NCBI GenBank assembly: GCA_964036045.1
Contig: OZ038378.1
Coordinates: forward strand, 77,934,001-77,998,000
Origin: Eutreptiella sp. 'Long Island Sound 2002'
Lineage: Eukaryota; Protista; Euglenida
Reading direction: 5' to 3'
DNA: 64,000 nucleotides
Shown here: one piece after another, positions 1 through 13,300 of the stretch
How the letters are laid out: the number at the start of each line of letters is the position of its first letter
How positions within the stretch are numbered: position 1 is the stretch's first letter
Translations under genes and position numbers: made by a program
The notes under the pieces: generated by a model
What the model was told of the DNA's origin: nothing
The model's database searches: none
The model's input: only the letters and a program-made list of their open reading frames with translations

Positions 1-5
1 GTGAG

Positions 6-3000
6 TTAGGGCCCTGGGGGGTTCCCAAGAGGTTGCACGAGGGCGCTGCAGAGGGCACTGAGGATCTCGTGCACAAGGGCTCCGTGCGTTGCTTGGGCTT
101 CCGTCTCAGTGCGGATGGTGGGCAGCAGTCTTCCGCCCAGCGCTAGCGCCCGGATCTGGTGGATCGCGAAAACGGGGCACAGGTTCCCGTAGCGGGGGTC
201 TCCGTCGTTCGCTCGTGCTGGCAGATGGCCTCCAGTTGCTGTCGGCCGTCCTGGTGGAACCTCCACGTCGCCGACCATTCCTCCGTGTGTGGCCAGCGGC
301 GCTGAGCCCACCGCCAGAGGCAGTAGAGGGCATGCCCCGGGTGGCAGCTCTCGGTTTCACCTGACACGACAGCCGTCAGGAGGTCTCGGGGTTGGTTTTG
401 GGGCAGGCGGGTGAGGCCGTCTGGCAGGGCTGCGCTCGCTGGGAGCATGGAGTCGACGGCTTCCAGGCTCCACTGGCACTCCTGCAGGTGCGGGGTGTTC
501 CGCACCTGGTAGTAGGGGCCACTTTCCAACACGATCATGGAGATGGTGCTGGGGGCATCTTCGCGTCGTGGGGGTCCAGCGCGTGCCGTCTCCGCCACTG
601 GTGGCTATCACTCCACCATGTCCCTGAGGTTGCGCCCCCTGTCCGGGGCTGTCCTGCTATCCCAGTCCGCCAGTCCATTGTACGGTGGGACGTTGAGGGC
701 GTTAGCCCTCGGTTGTGGGGCGGCCCGTTCCCGGCCCCCGGTGCTTGGCGCGGGCCTGGGCTCTGTCGGCGGCGCAACGAGCGTGTGCGCCCAGCCCAGG
801 TGCGGGACCCACGCGCCTCCCTGGTCCGACTGGTTGAAGTGGAACCACCACATCCAGGCGTTGACGAGGTCGTCCACGATCTGCATCCCGAGCTGACGAG
901 TGCCTGGAGCTGCCGCACTGAGATGTCGGTGGCTGCGGCGCTCGGGAGGGGGACCATGGTGAAAAGCCTGTTTGGGTTGGCATCCTGGAGGTGTCTCCGG
1001 AGGGCTGCCACCAGCTCGCACGGGGGTGTGTTGGCGTGGATGTCGTAGATTGCCTTCAGTTCCTCTCAGTTATGGTGGTCTGGGGGGTTTGGGGGGGCAT
1101 GCCCTCCCGGTCCTCGTCCGGTGTGGTGCCAGCTGGGGAGGGGTTCCCTTGGGCGGTGTCAGGGTGTTCCTCAGGTACACCCCCTGTGGAGGCCTTTTGT
1201 TGCGGGGACGTGGGATGGAACGCAGTGGTGGGCGGGGGGCCATCGGACTCCTGAAGGCCGGAGGCCTCTGTGATTTCTTCGTCTGCTCCCGGGCCGCCTG
1301 CGCCGTGCACTTGCTGTTGTGGTGTGTCCCTCGTGTCCCGGTGGTTTGGCTGCGTCACAGCTCTCGGGGAGTCATGGGGTGCCGTTTGCCTTGGGGGCTC
1401 CGGGACCTCTTCGGACCGTGGTCGCCGGTTCCTGAGGCGTGTCCCTGGGAGCCCGGGGACCCAGGGATGGGCCAGATGTTGTGCCTCCGCATGGCTGCAC
1501 GGACGCGGAGGGCCGCGCGTTGGTGCCGCAGCCACTGTAGCCCCTTCATTTCATCTGAACTATTGGTCCCCATATGCGCCATGAGCCAGGTGGCCACGTA
1601 GTGCCACTGGCTGGGGTGGTTCATGGTGGCGGAGGGTGAGAGCCGTGCTGCCCGATGGCCGAAGGCAACGTCCGCCATGGTGCGGGTTCCATCCTTGAGG
1701 TGGCGTGAAGTAGGCAGCCATCAGATGCTGACTCCCAGGGCGAGCTGCTCCCCTGTGGTGGTCCTGGTGATCGACAGGTCCGGGTCGTGTGCAGCCGCCT
1801 GTTCCGCGTGGGTGTTGGGGCGGCGGGCGTCGCTTTCCGAGCGCGCTTAGTCCAGATGCCCCCGCCCCCAGGCTGGGATGGCCCACGATGGCTGTTCAGC
1901 GAGCTCGCTAGCGGTGATGGTGCCCGTCTCCAGACGCGTTTCGGCCCCTTGGGCGCTGTGCCGGGGCGGTTCGTCCGGGGTCTGGTCCGCTGCGCCGCTT
2001 GCGGTAGCGTGCCTGTTATCCGTGGCGGCGCTTTTCACTCCTCGCCCCCAGGGCGGCGTAATCGCGCTCGAGGTGTACCTGGCAGGACACCGCGAGGGTT
2101 TCCCTCGGGTGTCCCCCTGCAGGCTCTGTATGGTCGCCTCGTGGCTGCTGCTGGCTGCGCAGGGCAGTCGGCGCTAGGACCGTTTCGAGGGCGCTCCTGC
2201 AGGACACCAGGAAAGCGTCGAAAGAGTCGTCGCGGGTGTGTCCGCCGGGCGACGGCCCCCGGTCGGTTGCGCGCTTGGGCGCGTGGGGGGTTGTTGCCCG
2301 GGCGTCGGACTCCGCGTGGGCTTGAGGTGGGCCCTTGGTCGGTGGCTCCCCGGAAGTTGCATCCCCTGGTGTGCCTGTGTCGCTGCGGCGTGCTGGGGCC
2401 GTGGATGGAGCGGTGCCTGCGTGACCCTCGGTCTGCGCCTCGTTGCCTGGCGGTGGTGGGGGGTCGGCGGCATGCCCGGCGCCCGGCGTTGGTCCACCAG
2501 GTTCCGTACCGGGATTGCCAGTGTCCGGTGCCTCGCTGCCTTCGCGTGCCGCCATGTCCGGCGGGCGATTGGCGGCGTGTGGGCGTGCTGGTTCCCCGGC
2601 TGGCCCGTCACCACACTAGGTATCCCCGCTCTGGGTGGTCCTCGGGCGTTTAGGTCCGCTGTTGGCACCGCTGCTCCTTTCCGCTGCGGGCGTCCCTCTG
2701 CATCCTCCGTTGCCCCACCAGTCGTGTGCACCGTGGCCTCCCCGCGTTGTGGCTGGGCGGGCGGTGCGGCTGGTGGGCTGCGTCGTCTTTTATTGGCGTC
2801 GCCGCACGGGTTTGGCCATCCCGTACAGGTGCTGGCCTGGGCTGGCTTCCCATGTGGCCTGCCAGTGTTCGCGTGCTACCACTCCCCTCCGCCGCGGCGG
2901 GCCGTGCTGCCGGTGTCCCGCCCTCAGCATGCGGCACCCCAGTGGGGAGCCCGTGGCCTGGCATATTTGCCCGCGGGGCGTCGCACAAGACGTTGGCGCG

Positions 3001-4760
3001 CGCCGGGTCCGGGTCCGGGTCCGGGCCCCGGGTCCGGGGGACTGCCAGATGGCGCTTCCGTGGGCCGTACTGCCGGTGGGGCTGGTGGGTCTTGGCGTTG
3101 ATGGGGTGCCGGTTCAGCCTGCGCCGGGGCTGGTGGATTGTACCCTGGGGTCCACATGCAGGGTGCCGCTGGAGCCTGGGGACTTGGGCTCCCGGTGGGG
3201 ATGTGGGCGTGGGGGCGCATGGTGCCCAGGTGTCGCTCGGGCCGGGCGCTGGTGGCGTCGGTCGGGGTAGCGGTACGTGTCTGTGTGGGAGGGCCGTCGG
3301 ACGGTGTGTGTGTGTGGGTCTTGCTGTTGGTCGGAATGGTCGGTTTTGGTGCGGGTTGGGCTCCAGGTCGGCCTGTTTTGGGGCCGCTGGCCGGTGCACG
3401 CGTGTCCACGCGTCGAGTGGCGTTTGGGGTTGTTGACCCGAGTCGCCGGCAGGGCCCGGGCCCGGGCCCGTTTGTGGGCCCATGGTGCCGAGGGGTTGCT
3501 CGGGCCGGGCGCTTGTGATTGCCGTATTCGTGTGACTGGGCATGCTTCTGCTCCCGGCAGGTGGTGCCTGGTGCTCCCGGGTTGCTGTGGCCGCGTGGTG
3601 CTGCGGCGGGTGTCGTTGTGCCGCCCGTTTGGCTGCACGATCTTGCCGGGGGCTTTGTGGCGTACCGGCCCCCTATGGTGCCGGAGCGCCCGTAGTCCTT
3701 GTGGCGTCGGTGGTCTGCGGCCAGTGTGGTGAGTGGGCGGTCATGTGGGGGGTGGAGGGGGATGGGCTGGAGGGCGTGGAGGTCGTTGGGCTTCGTGGCG
3801 CACTGGTCCCCGATGGTGCCGGAGCGCGTACACTTGTTGCCCTGGTTGCGGCGGTGGTGCGCGGCCGTGGCTGGGTGGTCATGGCCGCAACTCTCGGGGT
3901 GGAGGTGGAGGAGCTGTGGTGTCGGGCACCCCCAGCCGTCATCCAGGCCACTGCTGCATTACCGTACCTGGCCGGCTGCGGCGTTGGGACGAGTGGTTGG
4001 CGGGCGTGACGCGCCACTTGCACATACCTGTGGGGCAGGGGCATCCCCCTCCACGTTAGATAGGTCGCCATCAGCCTCTTGGGTGCCTCCTCGGTCATGC
4101 CCAGGCTGCGGCGCAAAAACTCCCCCCATTCGTGGCCATGGGCGCCGCGAGGGGTCCCCATGGCCCATTCCGCGTCCTCCACCAGCCAGCCGAAGGTGAA
4201 AGGGAGGCGGGTGGTAAGGGTGAGGACGGTGGTGCGCCAGTTGTCGTGGTTCATGCGGCCATTCGGGCCCCAACTGTCCTGCAAATTGCCGGACCGGGGG
4301 TAGGCTGCCCCGTAGCACGCCGCCATAATGTTCGTGGTCTGCAACCTAGATTGTGGGGTCTTCCTCCCGGTCTGGCAGCGTTCACTTTGGTGCACGCCGG
4401 GGGGCGGGGAGGCAGTGCCGCCGGGCCCTCCTCGCCGAGAATATCCAGCCACGTAACGTCGGGTCCGTCCCCTCCGTCGGCGTCGGGCGGTGTCCAGACG
4501 TTCTGGGCAATCAGCTCGCGCAGCGTGTGGAGCGTGAGGTCGTCGGTTTGGGTTTGGCGCAGCGGCGGGGCTGTGCAGAGGGGGTGCGCCTGTCTGCAAA
4601 GTGGGCAGGCATGCAGCTGAGCGATGCACGGGCTGCAGAACCAGTGCAGCGTCTGGGCGCTGCCGCGGCCGAGGTCATGCCCAAGGAGCGGGGCGTCGTC
4701 GTCCCCGACTATTTCCCTGCAGACTTGCACAGGTTCCCAGGTCCCCCCGGATGTGGGACT
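6..4760 (-). pseudogene. Copy A ORF3 (downstream of pol): RING-like finger, unknown domains, Ulp1/C48-like protease; broken
   Basis: Fragments 4251-4730 (HWFCSPCIAQLHACPLCR), 3673-4629, 1355-1678, 608-1021 (ISVRQL...VDDLVNAWMWW), 143-598 (SMIVLESGPY...VDSM) and 6-311 (GNLCPVFAIHQ) are each conserved with copy B. Confidence 0.75.
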
Positions 4761-4903
4761 TCACTGGCGGGCATCCTGAGGAGAGGTACAGGCCGTGGGA
4801 CAATTGGGTTACCTTATGGGAGTGTGCGAGCCCTCGTGCAATGCGGTGTGGTGGATGGTGCGGTTGCAGTCTCCCCGGGCTTGCCGTGTGTCAGTGTGTG
4901 TCG

Positions 4904-5345
4904 CTAGTCGCTGGGTTGCGCTGGCTGGTAATGGATGAGGAGGTTGTAATACATACGCTGGGCGTGGGTGATCTGTTGTGCTTCCTGTGTGTACAGCTGG
5001 ATGCGGTGCTGCAGCTGTGCATCTGCCCTCTTGACGGCGGTGAGTTGCATGTGACGTACTGTGGTCTTGTGGTCTTGGGCGTGGGCGGCGATGACCCTGT
5101 AGAGTTGGAGCGGTACCGCTCCCCTGGGCACTGCCTCCTTGATTCCAGCTTGCCGCATCAGGCGCCGGCCTTCATTTGCCGGCGGCGCGGTCAGGCCCCA
5201 TCCGGCGTGTTGTGCAACGGTGTCCTCCGGTTTCCACGTGGCCAGGTGGTTGTCTCCCTGAGCCACCGGGCACTGTTTGAAGTGTTCCCACGTCTCTGGC
5301 TGTTTGAGTCAGCAGGAGCATATGGTGTATTCCGGGGGTATGTCT
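4904..5345 (-). pseudogene. Copy A pol C-terminus with Cys/His finger (CxC...EHFKQC) and pol stop at 4904-4906
   Basis: ICSC*LKQPETWEHFKQC; same motif intact in copy B (ICPCHLQQPETWEHFKQC). Confidence 0.75.
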
Positions 5346-5739
5346 ATACCTCGTCGGTCATACCATCGTGCCACCCTGTCCAGGAGGGGCAGTTGTTCAA
5401 GCAGGAGTTCGGCACATCGTGTTTGTAGGTGTACCAGCAGCAGGGACAGGTCAAGAGCTGAGAGGTATAACGCGGTCTGCAGCTCATTTTGGAGGCGATT
5501 CATAAGGGTGTTGTCGGCGTGGCTGCCTCGGATGTGCGCCATGGTGCTGATGGGTTGTGCGTAGTGGTAAGCCTGTCCTGTGTCGTTGTAGATCCGGTCG
5601 TCTGGTACCCAGGCTGGTGGTTCCCCGGGGTGCGGGATCGGCGGCAGGTGTTGGAGGTGTGTGTGCATGTGGTCTTGCAGCGGCGGGTCTTCACTGTCCC
5701 GCACATGTTCTGCAAGCTGGTTGTGGGCGTGTAAGTCTA

Positions 5740-6170
5740 TGTGTCCGTTGCCCAGGCTGTACCGATTAGACTCTTGTTTGATGAGGTGTAAGACGACGTG
5801 CTTTGGGAGGCGCCATAAAGCCAACCAGATGTGTAGGGCTTGGGTGCCCAGGCGGCAATCTGTTGCCTTGTGAAGGGGCTGTCGCGCCAGTTTGCGGACG
5901 ATCTGGAAGTCCACTGCTGCGTCTACTACGACCCACACATGGTGCCTGAGGTCCCGCGGCTCTTGCTGGGTGTCGTTGACGGCGTCCATGATGATGGCCA
6001 GCGTCTTTGTTCTCCGTAAGAGGAGGTCCCAAAGATGGTGGCCCCCGTGAGGTGGCGTTGGCGTAGTCGGCCCGCCGTGTCCATCCGTAGCTCCAAGGCT
6101 GCCCCCCCGGCCGCTGGGGTGAGGTTCCTGGTGCCGGAGGCATCCGCAAACATGATGGTGTTGCGGTCGT
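5740..6170 (-). pseudogene. Copy A RNase H domain
   Basis: FADASG...GGAA...GE(L)...VWVVVDAAVDFQ...HLIKQES...GNGHIDLHA matches RNase HI D-E-D-D spacing; frameshifted. Confidence 0.8.
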
Positions 6171-7649
6171 CGGGGCATGGCAGATGGCACGGCGCCGTCA
6201 GCTGGTAGGCGTGGTCCTGCGCCCGCTGCTCTGTGGTGGCCCATGGCGTGGTGGTGGACTGTTGGAGCCTTCAAGTAGCGTAGTTGCCTATTCCCTGGTG
6301 GATGATCTGGGTCCCTGCTGGGTTCATGCGTACATAGTCGTTGTTCCCTTCCTGGCCTTTCGTGAGATAGCCTTACACATACTGGACCAGGTACGCCTTC
6401 TGTTGGTGGAATGTGGTCCATTCGGTTGTCTGCCAGTCCTGGACTTGGGAGCAGTGCTGTTTAACCGGGTAGGCGGGGGCCTCCGGCGTGGTACTGCGGT
6501 GTTTGGCCAGCACCGAGAAGGTAATTGCTGGGTGTTTGGTGTCCCACGCTCCCAGCTGGAATCTCCATTCCGCAGTGGTGTTGAGTCCCCAAGCGACTAT
6601 GGCCGTGTCCTCCGCCGAAGCCTGTTCGAATTGTGTATGTAGCCACCGGTTTTGTTCCAGGGTGGCATGGGCCCCTGGTGTGTGGTGATAGCGTGCCAGC
6701 AGTTGGAGGAGGGGCCATGGGCTGGCCAGCGCTTGGGGCCCACATCTCCAGCAAGTGGTGGGGGTGCTTGTCAGCGCGTACCGTGGCAGTCGCGGCGGAC
6801 AGAAGTTGCGTTCCTTGGGCGGCGGTAGCATCAACAAGTTGCCGCGCGCCCTGCGAGGTCGCAATGTGGTTTTGAGTCTGTTGGGTGCCAGGAGGAGTAC
6901 TGCTGGGACCGTGGTGCCCGGTACATACTCCACTTGTTCTGGCGGTCAGTCGTTGGCTTGGTTCTCGCGGTAGCGTCTGTTTGTGCGGGCTGCAGAACAG
7001 ACCGTACGCCTCACGTACTTCCCCATCTGTTGGCTGTGGGTGTCCGCTTTGTGTGGCCGCGTTTTGCATGTGATTTTCCAGGACTGATTCGTTGTGCCAC
7101 TCCGGGTGGTGCAGGAAGGGGACATGGTGTGTGCCTACTCGTTGGAGGGCCCACATCTGGCTCGCTGTGACTGGTACTAGGTGTAGGGTGTTGCCCACAG
7201 GGTCCAGAGTGGTGGTGCTCCTCGTCGGTCCTGAACCCACATCGGTGTGTAGGATCGCCACAGGACCGGTCTCCCTGCGGGGATGGTTTGTTTGGATGAC
7301 ATATTGGTGGTGGGGTAGCAGGAGCTGTAGGTGGTTCCATATGCGGGTCCCTACCTTGGTGGGGAAGCCTCGTTGATGAAGTATCTACTGGGGACAGGTT
7401 TTGCGATGGTATTTGGCCTCTCGCAGTGTCAGCGTGAATACCTCCCTCACCTGCGGTTCATGGTTATGCATGAGGCGGTACAGGTGGGTCGCGGTGTGAG
7501 CCGTGCAAGCGTTGCGGACTACGTAATCGGTGTTGTCCCCATGGTATGGTGCTGACGCAGCGCACATCGCCGCGGGTAGTGACGTGGGTTGGTGGCCGTG
7601 GATGGCCCACGCCCGCCGTATCCTGGCAGCGGCCTCCTGCAGCATTTGT

Positions 7650-8760
7650 CGGGGATGCGTCAGGTGCAGGGCCTGGAACCCTATGGCTGCGTTGAGTATG
7701 GCTAGGAGGAAGTATGTATCTGGGTGGAGAGCGCCACGATGCGTACTATGACAAGTGTTGGCGTCAACTGCCGTAGCAGGTTGGGTGGTAGGGTGACCCT
7801 GTTCATGGTGGCCGCTTGTTGGACTCCCAGGTAGCTGGCTGTGCTTACTGGGTTCTTGGGCGGGTCTCCGGGGCAGAGGCGTGGCGGTAGTGCGCTGTGC
7901 CCCATGGTGGCAGATTCGACGTTGTGCACCAGTAGCTGGTTGCCCTCCAGATGGTTGGTGACATCATGGAGTACTTTGGTGGCCCTGACGGTGTCCGGCG
8001 TGGTAGGCAGGGGCTGGCGGGCGGTAGCGGTTACCACCGCAATGTCGTCCGCGAATGCTGGGAGCGTGGTCTGTAGGGGGTATGGTGCCAAGTCCGGGTA
8101 GGTGCGTCGGATCTAAAAGGCCAGCGGGAGGGTGACGAGCAGGAAGAGTAATTGGCCCTCCGCACCTCCCTGTCGGACCCCACTGGTGGGGGGGATCTGT
8201 GGGGTGGTGCCCACATCGGTTTTCACTGCATACATGCGGGTGGCAAGGTATGCTTGTAGGAAACCCTGAAAGGGGAGTCCCGTGCATTTCCAGACGGCTC
8301 GTAGGAGAGGGTGTCGGGTGTTGGGGAAGGCCCCCTCAACATCCAGGGACGTGATGATGAGGCTGATCGGGTCCATAACTACCACGGCGTCTTGCATAAA
8401 TATGGCCTCCAGCGGCGACCTACCCGGTATGGCTCCCCACATCGTGGGCCGTACAGCGCGGAATACTGCCGGGGCCACCTGTTTGAGGATGAGCATCCAG
8501 ATAAGTTCGGCTTCCGTGGTGGCGCACACTGTGGGTCTCCAGTTGTCTGGGTTCGCCCAGTCGCCTTTCATGTACAGCGGGTGTACCAGGTTTGCCCAAT
8601 CGGGTTGTACGTCTGTTTTCTCGATGGCAATATCCCATAGGTACACGGCCAAGTGTCTCTTTAGGTTCAGTGGGAGGCCGGGAGGCCATCTAACCCCGGG
8701 GTGCTTCCTGGTTGTAGTTTGTACAGTACTTCATCCAGTTCTGCAATGGTGAACGGGGTG
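7650..8760 (-). pseudogene. Copy A non-LTR reverse transcriptase
   Basis: PLYMKGDWANPDNWRP, SLDVEGAFP, GVRQGG and AFADDIAVV motifs (ORFs 8113-8652, 7702-8091). Confidence 0.92.
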
Positions 8761-9449
8761 CGGTGCATGTCTAGGAAGCTGTGTCCGGTTGTAGAGTTTT
8801 GGCAAATGCGATAAGAATTCCTCCGTGTACGCAGATAACTCCTTGTCCTCGGTATTGTGTCTGCGTTGGAAACAATTGAGGACCTTTTCGAGGACCACCT
8901 TGTGGTTGTTGGTCACTGTGCCATTTTACAGGCGCACCTCCTTGATGCCCCGGTGGCCGGTTTCCCCGAGGACTTTGTCCACGTGCTTTAAGGACTTGTG
9001 GGGCTTGGGAATCTGAAAGTAGCGTTGCTGTTCTTGTGCAAGCTCCTTCGCTCGGCGGACGTGCCACTCCCTGAGCTGCCGGCGTGTGGTGTCCAGTCGT
9101 GCGGCAGTTTTCTGGGCGTCTTGCTGGGCCTGTGGGTCATGAAAGTATATCGCTGTATGTAGTTCCCGTTTGTCGTGCCATATGGCGGTGACCATGTATC
9201 GCAGGTCGTTATGCGGAGTGGCATGGTCCTGTGTGTACCGGTGTCCCCTGTGGAGGTCACACGCCGTGGCCGCTTATTGCACGGCAAGGTTTAGCTCCGT
9301 GTTGTCTTGTTTGCCCAGGATGCGCTGCACTGTGCGGTAGTACGCTGTCCATCTGTGTGTGTCGTGTTCGTCTGGTGGCCTGATAGGTGGTTGTTGGTCA
9401 TGTTCCACGTCTTCCGTGGAGGCCGGGGGCACTTGAACCACCCTGATTC

Positions 9450-10150
9450 TCACCTCCAGAGGACGATGTCCAGTGATCTTGCATGGCAGGTTGTGGTATC
9501 GCGCCCGTGTTACCTCGACATGTGCCGGGTCTGCGTAGCAGAGGTCGATGCGGGAATCTGATGAGCCTGGTTGCGGTGGTCAGTGTGAGGGCTGGCCTCA
9601 TAGGGAGCCTGTGAGGTCCTGTAGGCCCATGTGTTTCCTGGCCATTTGCACCGCTGTGTCCTCGGGCGTTTGTCGCCCCCCACGATCGTCCATTGATGGG
9701 GCTGCGTTGAAGTCTCCTATGATGAGAGTCCGCCCCATTATGGCGAGTTGCTGGTAGGCCTCCATGAGGTGTTTGAGGAACGTCTCTGTGGCGTCTCCAA
9801 AGGGGACATGAACGTTTATGACGTTGAGCTGCGACATCGGGCCGACCAGTTTGTATGCTGCCAGGCGGCCGTCGACGCCCAGGTGGTGGTGGACATGACT
9901 CTGGACCTCACTCTTGTGGAATATGGGCACCCCCTTGACCCATATGGTGCAGTATTGGTGTCCTGTCCTAGCCAGGATGGGGGTGACCCTGGGCTGAGTC
10001 ACTACAGTTTTCAGGGCCTGTTCCTGCCACAACATGGCAACTGGTTCAGATCCCGCCATGACAGGTACGTCTTGCAGGTCCGGAGCTTTGGCTGCATCGT
10101 ACAGGACGCCTGGCTCGTTGAGGAACATGAGGGAGACGAGCGCATTGATG
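9450..10150 (-). pseudogene. Copy A apurinic-like (APE/EEP) endonuclease
   Basis: LWQE, NVINVHVP, IIGDFNA, SRIDLCY and TGHRPL motifs. Confidence 0.9.
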
Positions 10151-10399
10151 ACTTCGTGGGTGTGCGCCCTGGCGGTCCCTGGGGGTCCCCGTGCGCAGCG
10201 GGGTAGTAGTAATTGTCCCAGGTGTAGTTTGAGGTTGATCGCTGTCGTCACCCGTTGCTCCTCGGGAATACTTGGCTCCTCCAGCCATGCCTGTGGCACG
10301 TCATCTGTCCAGACAGTGCCCGGTGGCACTTTGTTGGTGGGCATGCGGAGCTCTACCAGGCACTTCTGGAACGGCCTGTCGCCCGAGAGTTCGAAGTTC

Positions 10400-13300
10400 T
10401 GTGTTTCCCGTTTCTCGTCCTACTCCGGGAGCGCTTGCCATGCAATCTTCGGCCGCAGGTTTCCATGTTGGCCTGGTGTGGCCAGTCTGCTCTTTATCCT
10501 GCCCCAGAACCATACGAACTGTTTCTGTCGTCCTTTGAGCGTGGCTCGTAATACCCCTTGTACTTCTGCGCTGTCTGCCCATTCGAGGTTCATGGCGTTA
10601 CGTTCCGCCACCGTGAAGAATCGGCATGCATGGGGCTTGGGCTTCGGCTGTGATTCCGGCGGCCGCGGCACTGGGACGGCTTTCGGTGCCGGCTTCGGTC
10701 TTTGGCCTGGCGGGCCGGGATGCCCGCCCCCTCAGGACGAGGCCGTGGCTTGGGTTGGGCTTGTTCTGCCGCCGGCTTAGGGGCTGGCTTTGGCGCCTTG
10801 CGGTAGTGGAAGTTATGGAAGATGCTGTAAGCCCGCCCTTGGCCCTCACGGGGTCGGTGCATACCTCAAAGTTTGTTCGCATGGTCTTGCAAGCTGGTGG
10901 TGCGATGTTTGAGACTTTGTTAGGTGTCCGTGGGCCAGGATATCCAGCGTTCCGCCTGTGATGTCCCGTGTTTGCGTACGTACGCTGCCAGGTTGCGAGT
11001 GAGATTGAGCCATGTCATGGGTATCGTGGTGTCTTTGATTGGGTCATCTACCGTTCAGTGCATAGGGCATAGGGCCAACCAGTGCGCCAGGGGGTGGTGT
11101 GGGTGGAGTGGCTAAAACCGTCCCCCAGTGCCAGTGGGGTTGCTGTTCTAGCTTCTGCTGTGACTCTGCCCGTTGTGCCTGTGGCATTCCACTGTGCGAC
11201 CCACCAGGTGTGTGGGAGGCACGTTAGTGTCACTGTGGGGGCGTTTGGGGGCCTGTGGAGGATTGTCCAGTCAGTGACCTTTGGACCTTCGTCCTTTCAA
11301 TTTTGTCGCTCTGGCGGGCTGGTTAGCTGCACCAAGTGGCCCACAAGGTCCAGCGTCAGGGTGTCTTCCCTTTCCTTCATGCTGTCCTTACGTTCCGTGG
11401 GGTGTTTCACGGCGTCCTTTCAAGCGTCCGTGGCGGCCGCCAGGGTGTTGGCTGCTGGGGTGATGACATCGTCCGTTAGGCCTTCCGCGATGAAGTGCTT
11501 TTCTGCCACCAGGGTGGCCGGGAGTTGGGCCGTGTGTTTCATGGTGACGTGTAGCAGCGCTCTGTCAGGGCCTGGGGCGTTTGGGTCCGCGGGCCTCGAG
11601 TCGCGTGCGCCGCGCCTTGCCACCGGGTGACGTGGTGTGTCGGTGTTGGAAAGTCGTGGTCCCATAGCCATGTGGTGCACCTGACCGAGGGGGATGGCTT
11701 GGTCCGTGGTGTCTCCCGCCGTAAATTACACTCCCTTGGTGCCTGCTACCATGTTGAGGTATATACCTGGGAGTGGGGCGGGCCGTGGGGGTAATGCTTG
11801 GAACAGCGCGTGGGGGCAAGGGTGCCCGCAGGGAGGGTCCCCGGGCCGGAGCCCTGGGCAGTGGACATCCATACGGTGCGGTACAGGGTATAGTATGTAG
11901 GGTCCGGCCACCCTGCGCAGTTTTTTGGGGTTCAGGCTGTTCAACCTTCCCCCTGCCCTGATGGTGACGGAGCCCTGGTTGAGCCAGGTGGCTTGGTCTC
12001 AGTCAATGTCGTGGTGCAGGGCCCTTCTGATCGTGCCCCACGTCCTGCGGTGGGTGGTGTCATCTGGCCTGGGGCATGCCCTATGGATGAGGGGCATCCT
12101 GGCGTTTGCGAGGGCGGACTTGATGATGTTTGGGGGCAGAATGCCGTGGGCACCGGTAGCATTCCTCCCCACGGTTCGGTGCCTTGACGGGGCACACGCC
12201 TCCCACGCCTCCCACGGTTGCTGCCAGGATGTGTCCGGACCCGAAATGGGGGCTGGCGGGTCCCCGTATCGTGCCCAGGTGTATACCGTGTATGCTGTAC
12301 CTTAGGTGTCGGCCACCAATCTGTATGTCGACGTCTGTGCTTCGCCGTAGGTGCCGATTATGTTTGAGGTGGGGTGTAGTGGAGGTGTGTGTGCGCCAGG
12401 GCGTGTGTGATTTGTGCCTCCTTGCCTTTCCGATTGTCCACGTGGTCCTCTAAGACGAAGTGTACCATCCACGGGCTCCGGGCTGAAGATTGCCGTCTTT
12501 GTCTCGTATTGCTGGGTGTATCTGGCGCCCTGTCTGCTGTGCTTTGTTGGCGTTGTGGGGGGCGCGTTGTTCGACGAGGATGTTTGGCGTCCAGTCCTGT
12601 GGGGCACCCTCCCTGTGCGCCATGGCTTGGGCTGCCTTGGCAAGGGCCGTGACGGTTAGCGGCAGTGTGGGTTCGTTGACCTGGGGCACCATGCCGGTGT
12701 CTGTATGGAAGTTCCAGTATGTCGAGAACGTCCCTGGATGGTCGGCGTTGTGGGTGTCTAAGAGGGCTAGGGAGAGTGCCTCCTTGATCTGGGTCACTGC
12801 CTCTGGGTGTATGGGGGTAGGGTAGTGCCAGAGGGGGTGCTTGGTGGCGCACTGGTGTGTACGGGCGTCGCGTCCCGCGGGCTCCATTGTCTGCGGCGTG
12901 CGGGTGTCGTCGAGGGTGATATCGTCGAGGCGGTGAACGTTGGCGGCCCACCGTGTCTGCCAGTCTGTCAGCGCGGGGTTGTTTTCGGCGCAGTCCAGGG
13001 TATAGTGGACAGCTGTCCACTCCGGGTCGGGGTCACGAGCAATGTCGGTGTTCGCTGTTGCGCGTACCCAGACAGCTTGTGTGGGTCGTGCCTGGGGTGT
13101 TTGGTCGTCCTTTCCAAGGGGTTTGCACTCGATTGTGGCCCTGCCCTGGGCAGTTATGAAAGGGCGCACGGGCTGTGGTAGTTGTACCCGGTCCGGCGTG
13201 ACGAGGGGCATGCCTTCATGGTTGTTACTCCCGGGACGATTTTCTTGCAGTCGATGTTGTTATGCTCCTGGTGTGGTTCCCCTCTCGGGGCAGTTGGTAG

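Noticed and set aside
6-30. LGNPPGP at the end of copy A ORF3 as a 2A/StopGo peptide (known in Ingi/L1Tc-type LINEs)
   Set aside because: Lacks the D(V/I)ExNPGP consensus, is followed by a stop, and copy B reads NHPGAY.
3005-3040. (GGTCCG)n hexamer run
   Set aside because: Short Gly-Pro/Asp-Pro coding microsatellite inside the ORF3 linker, present in both copies; nothing further supported.
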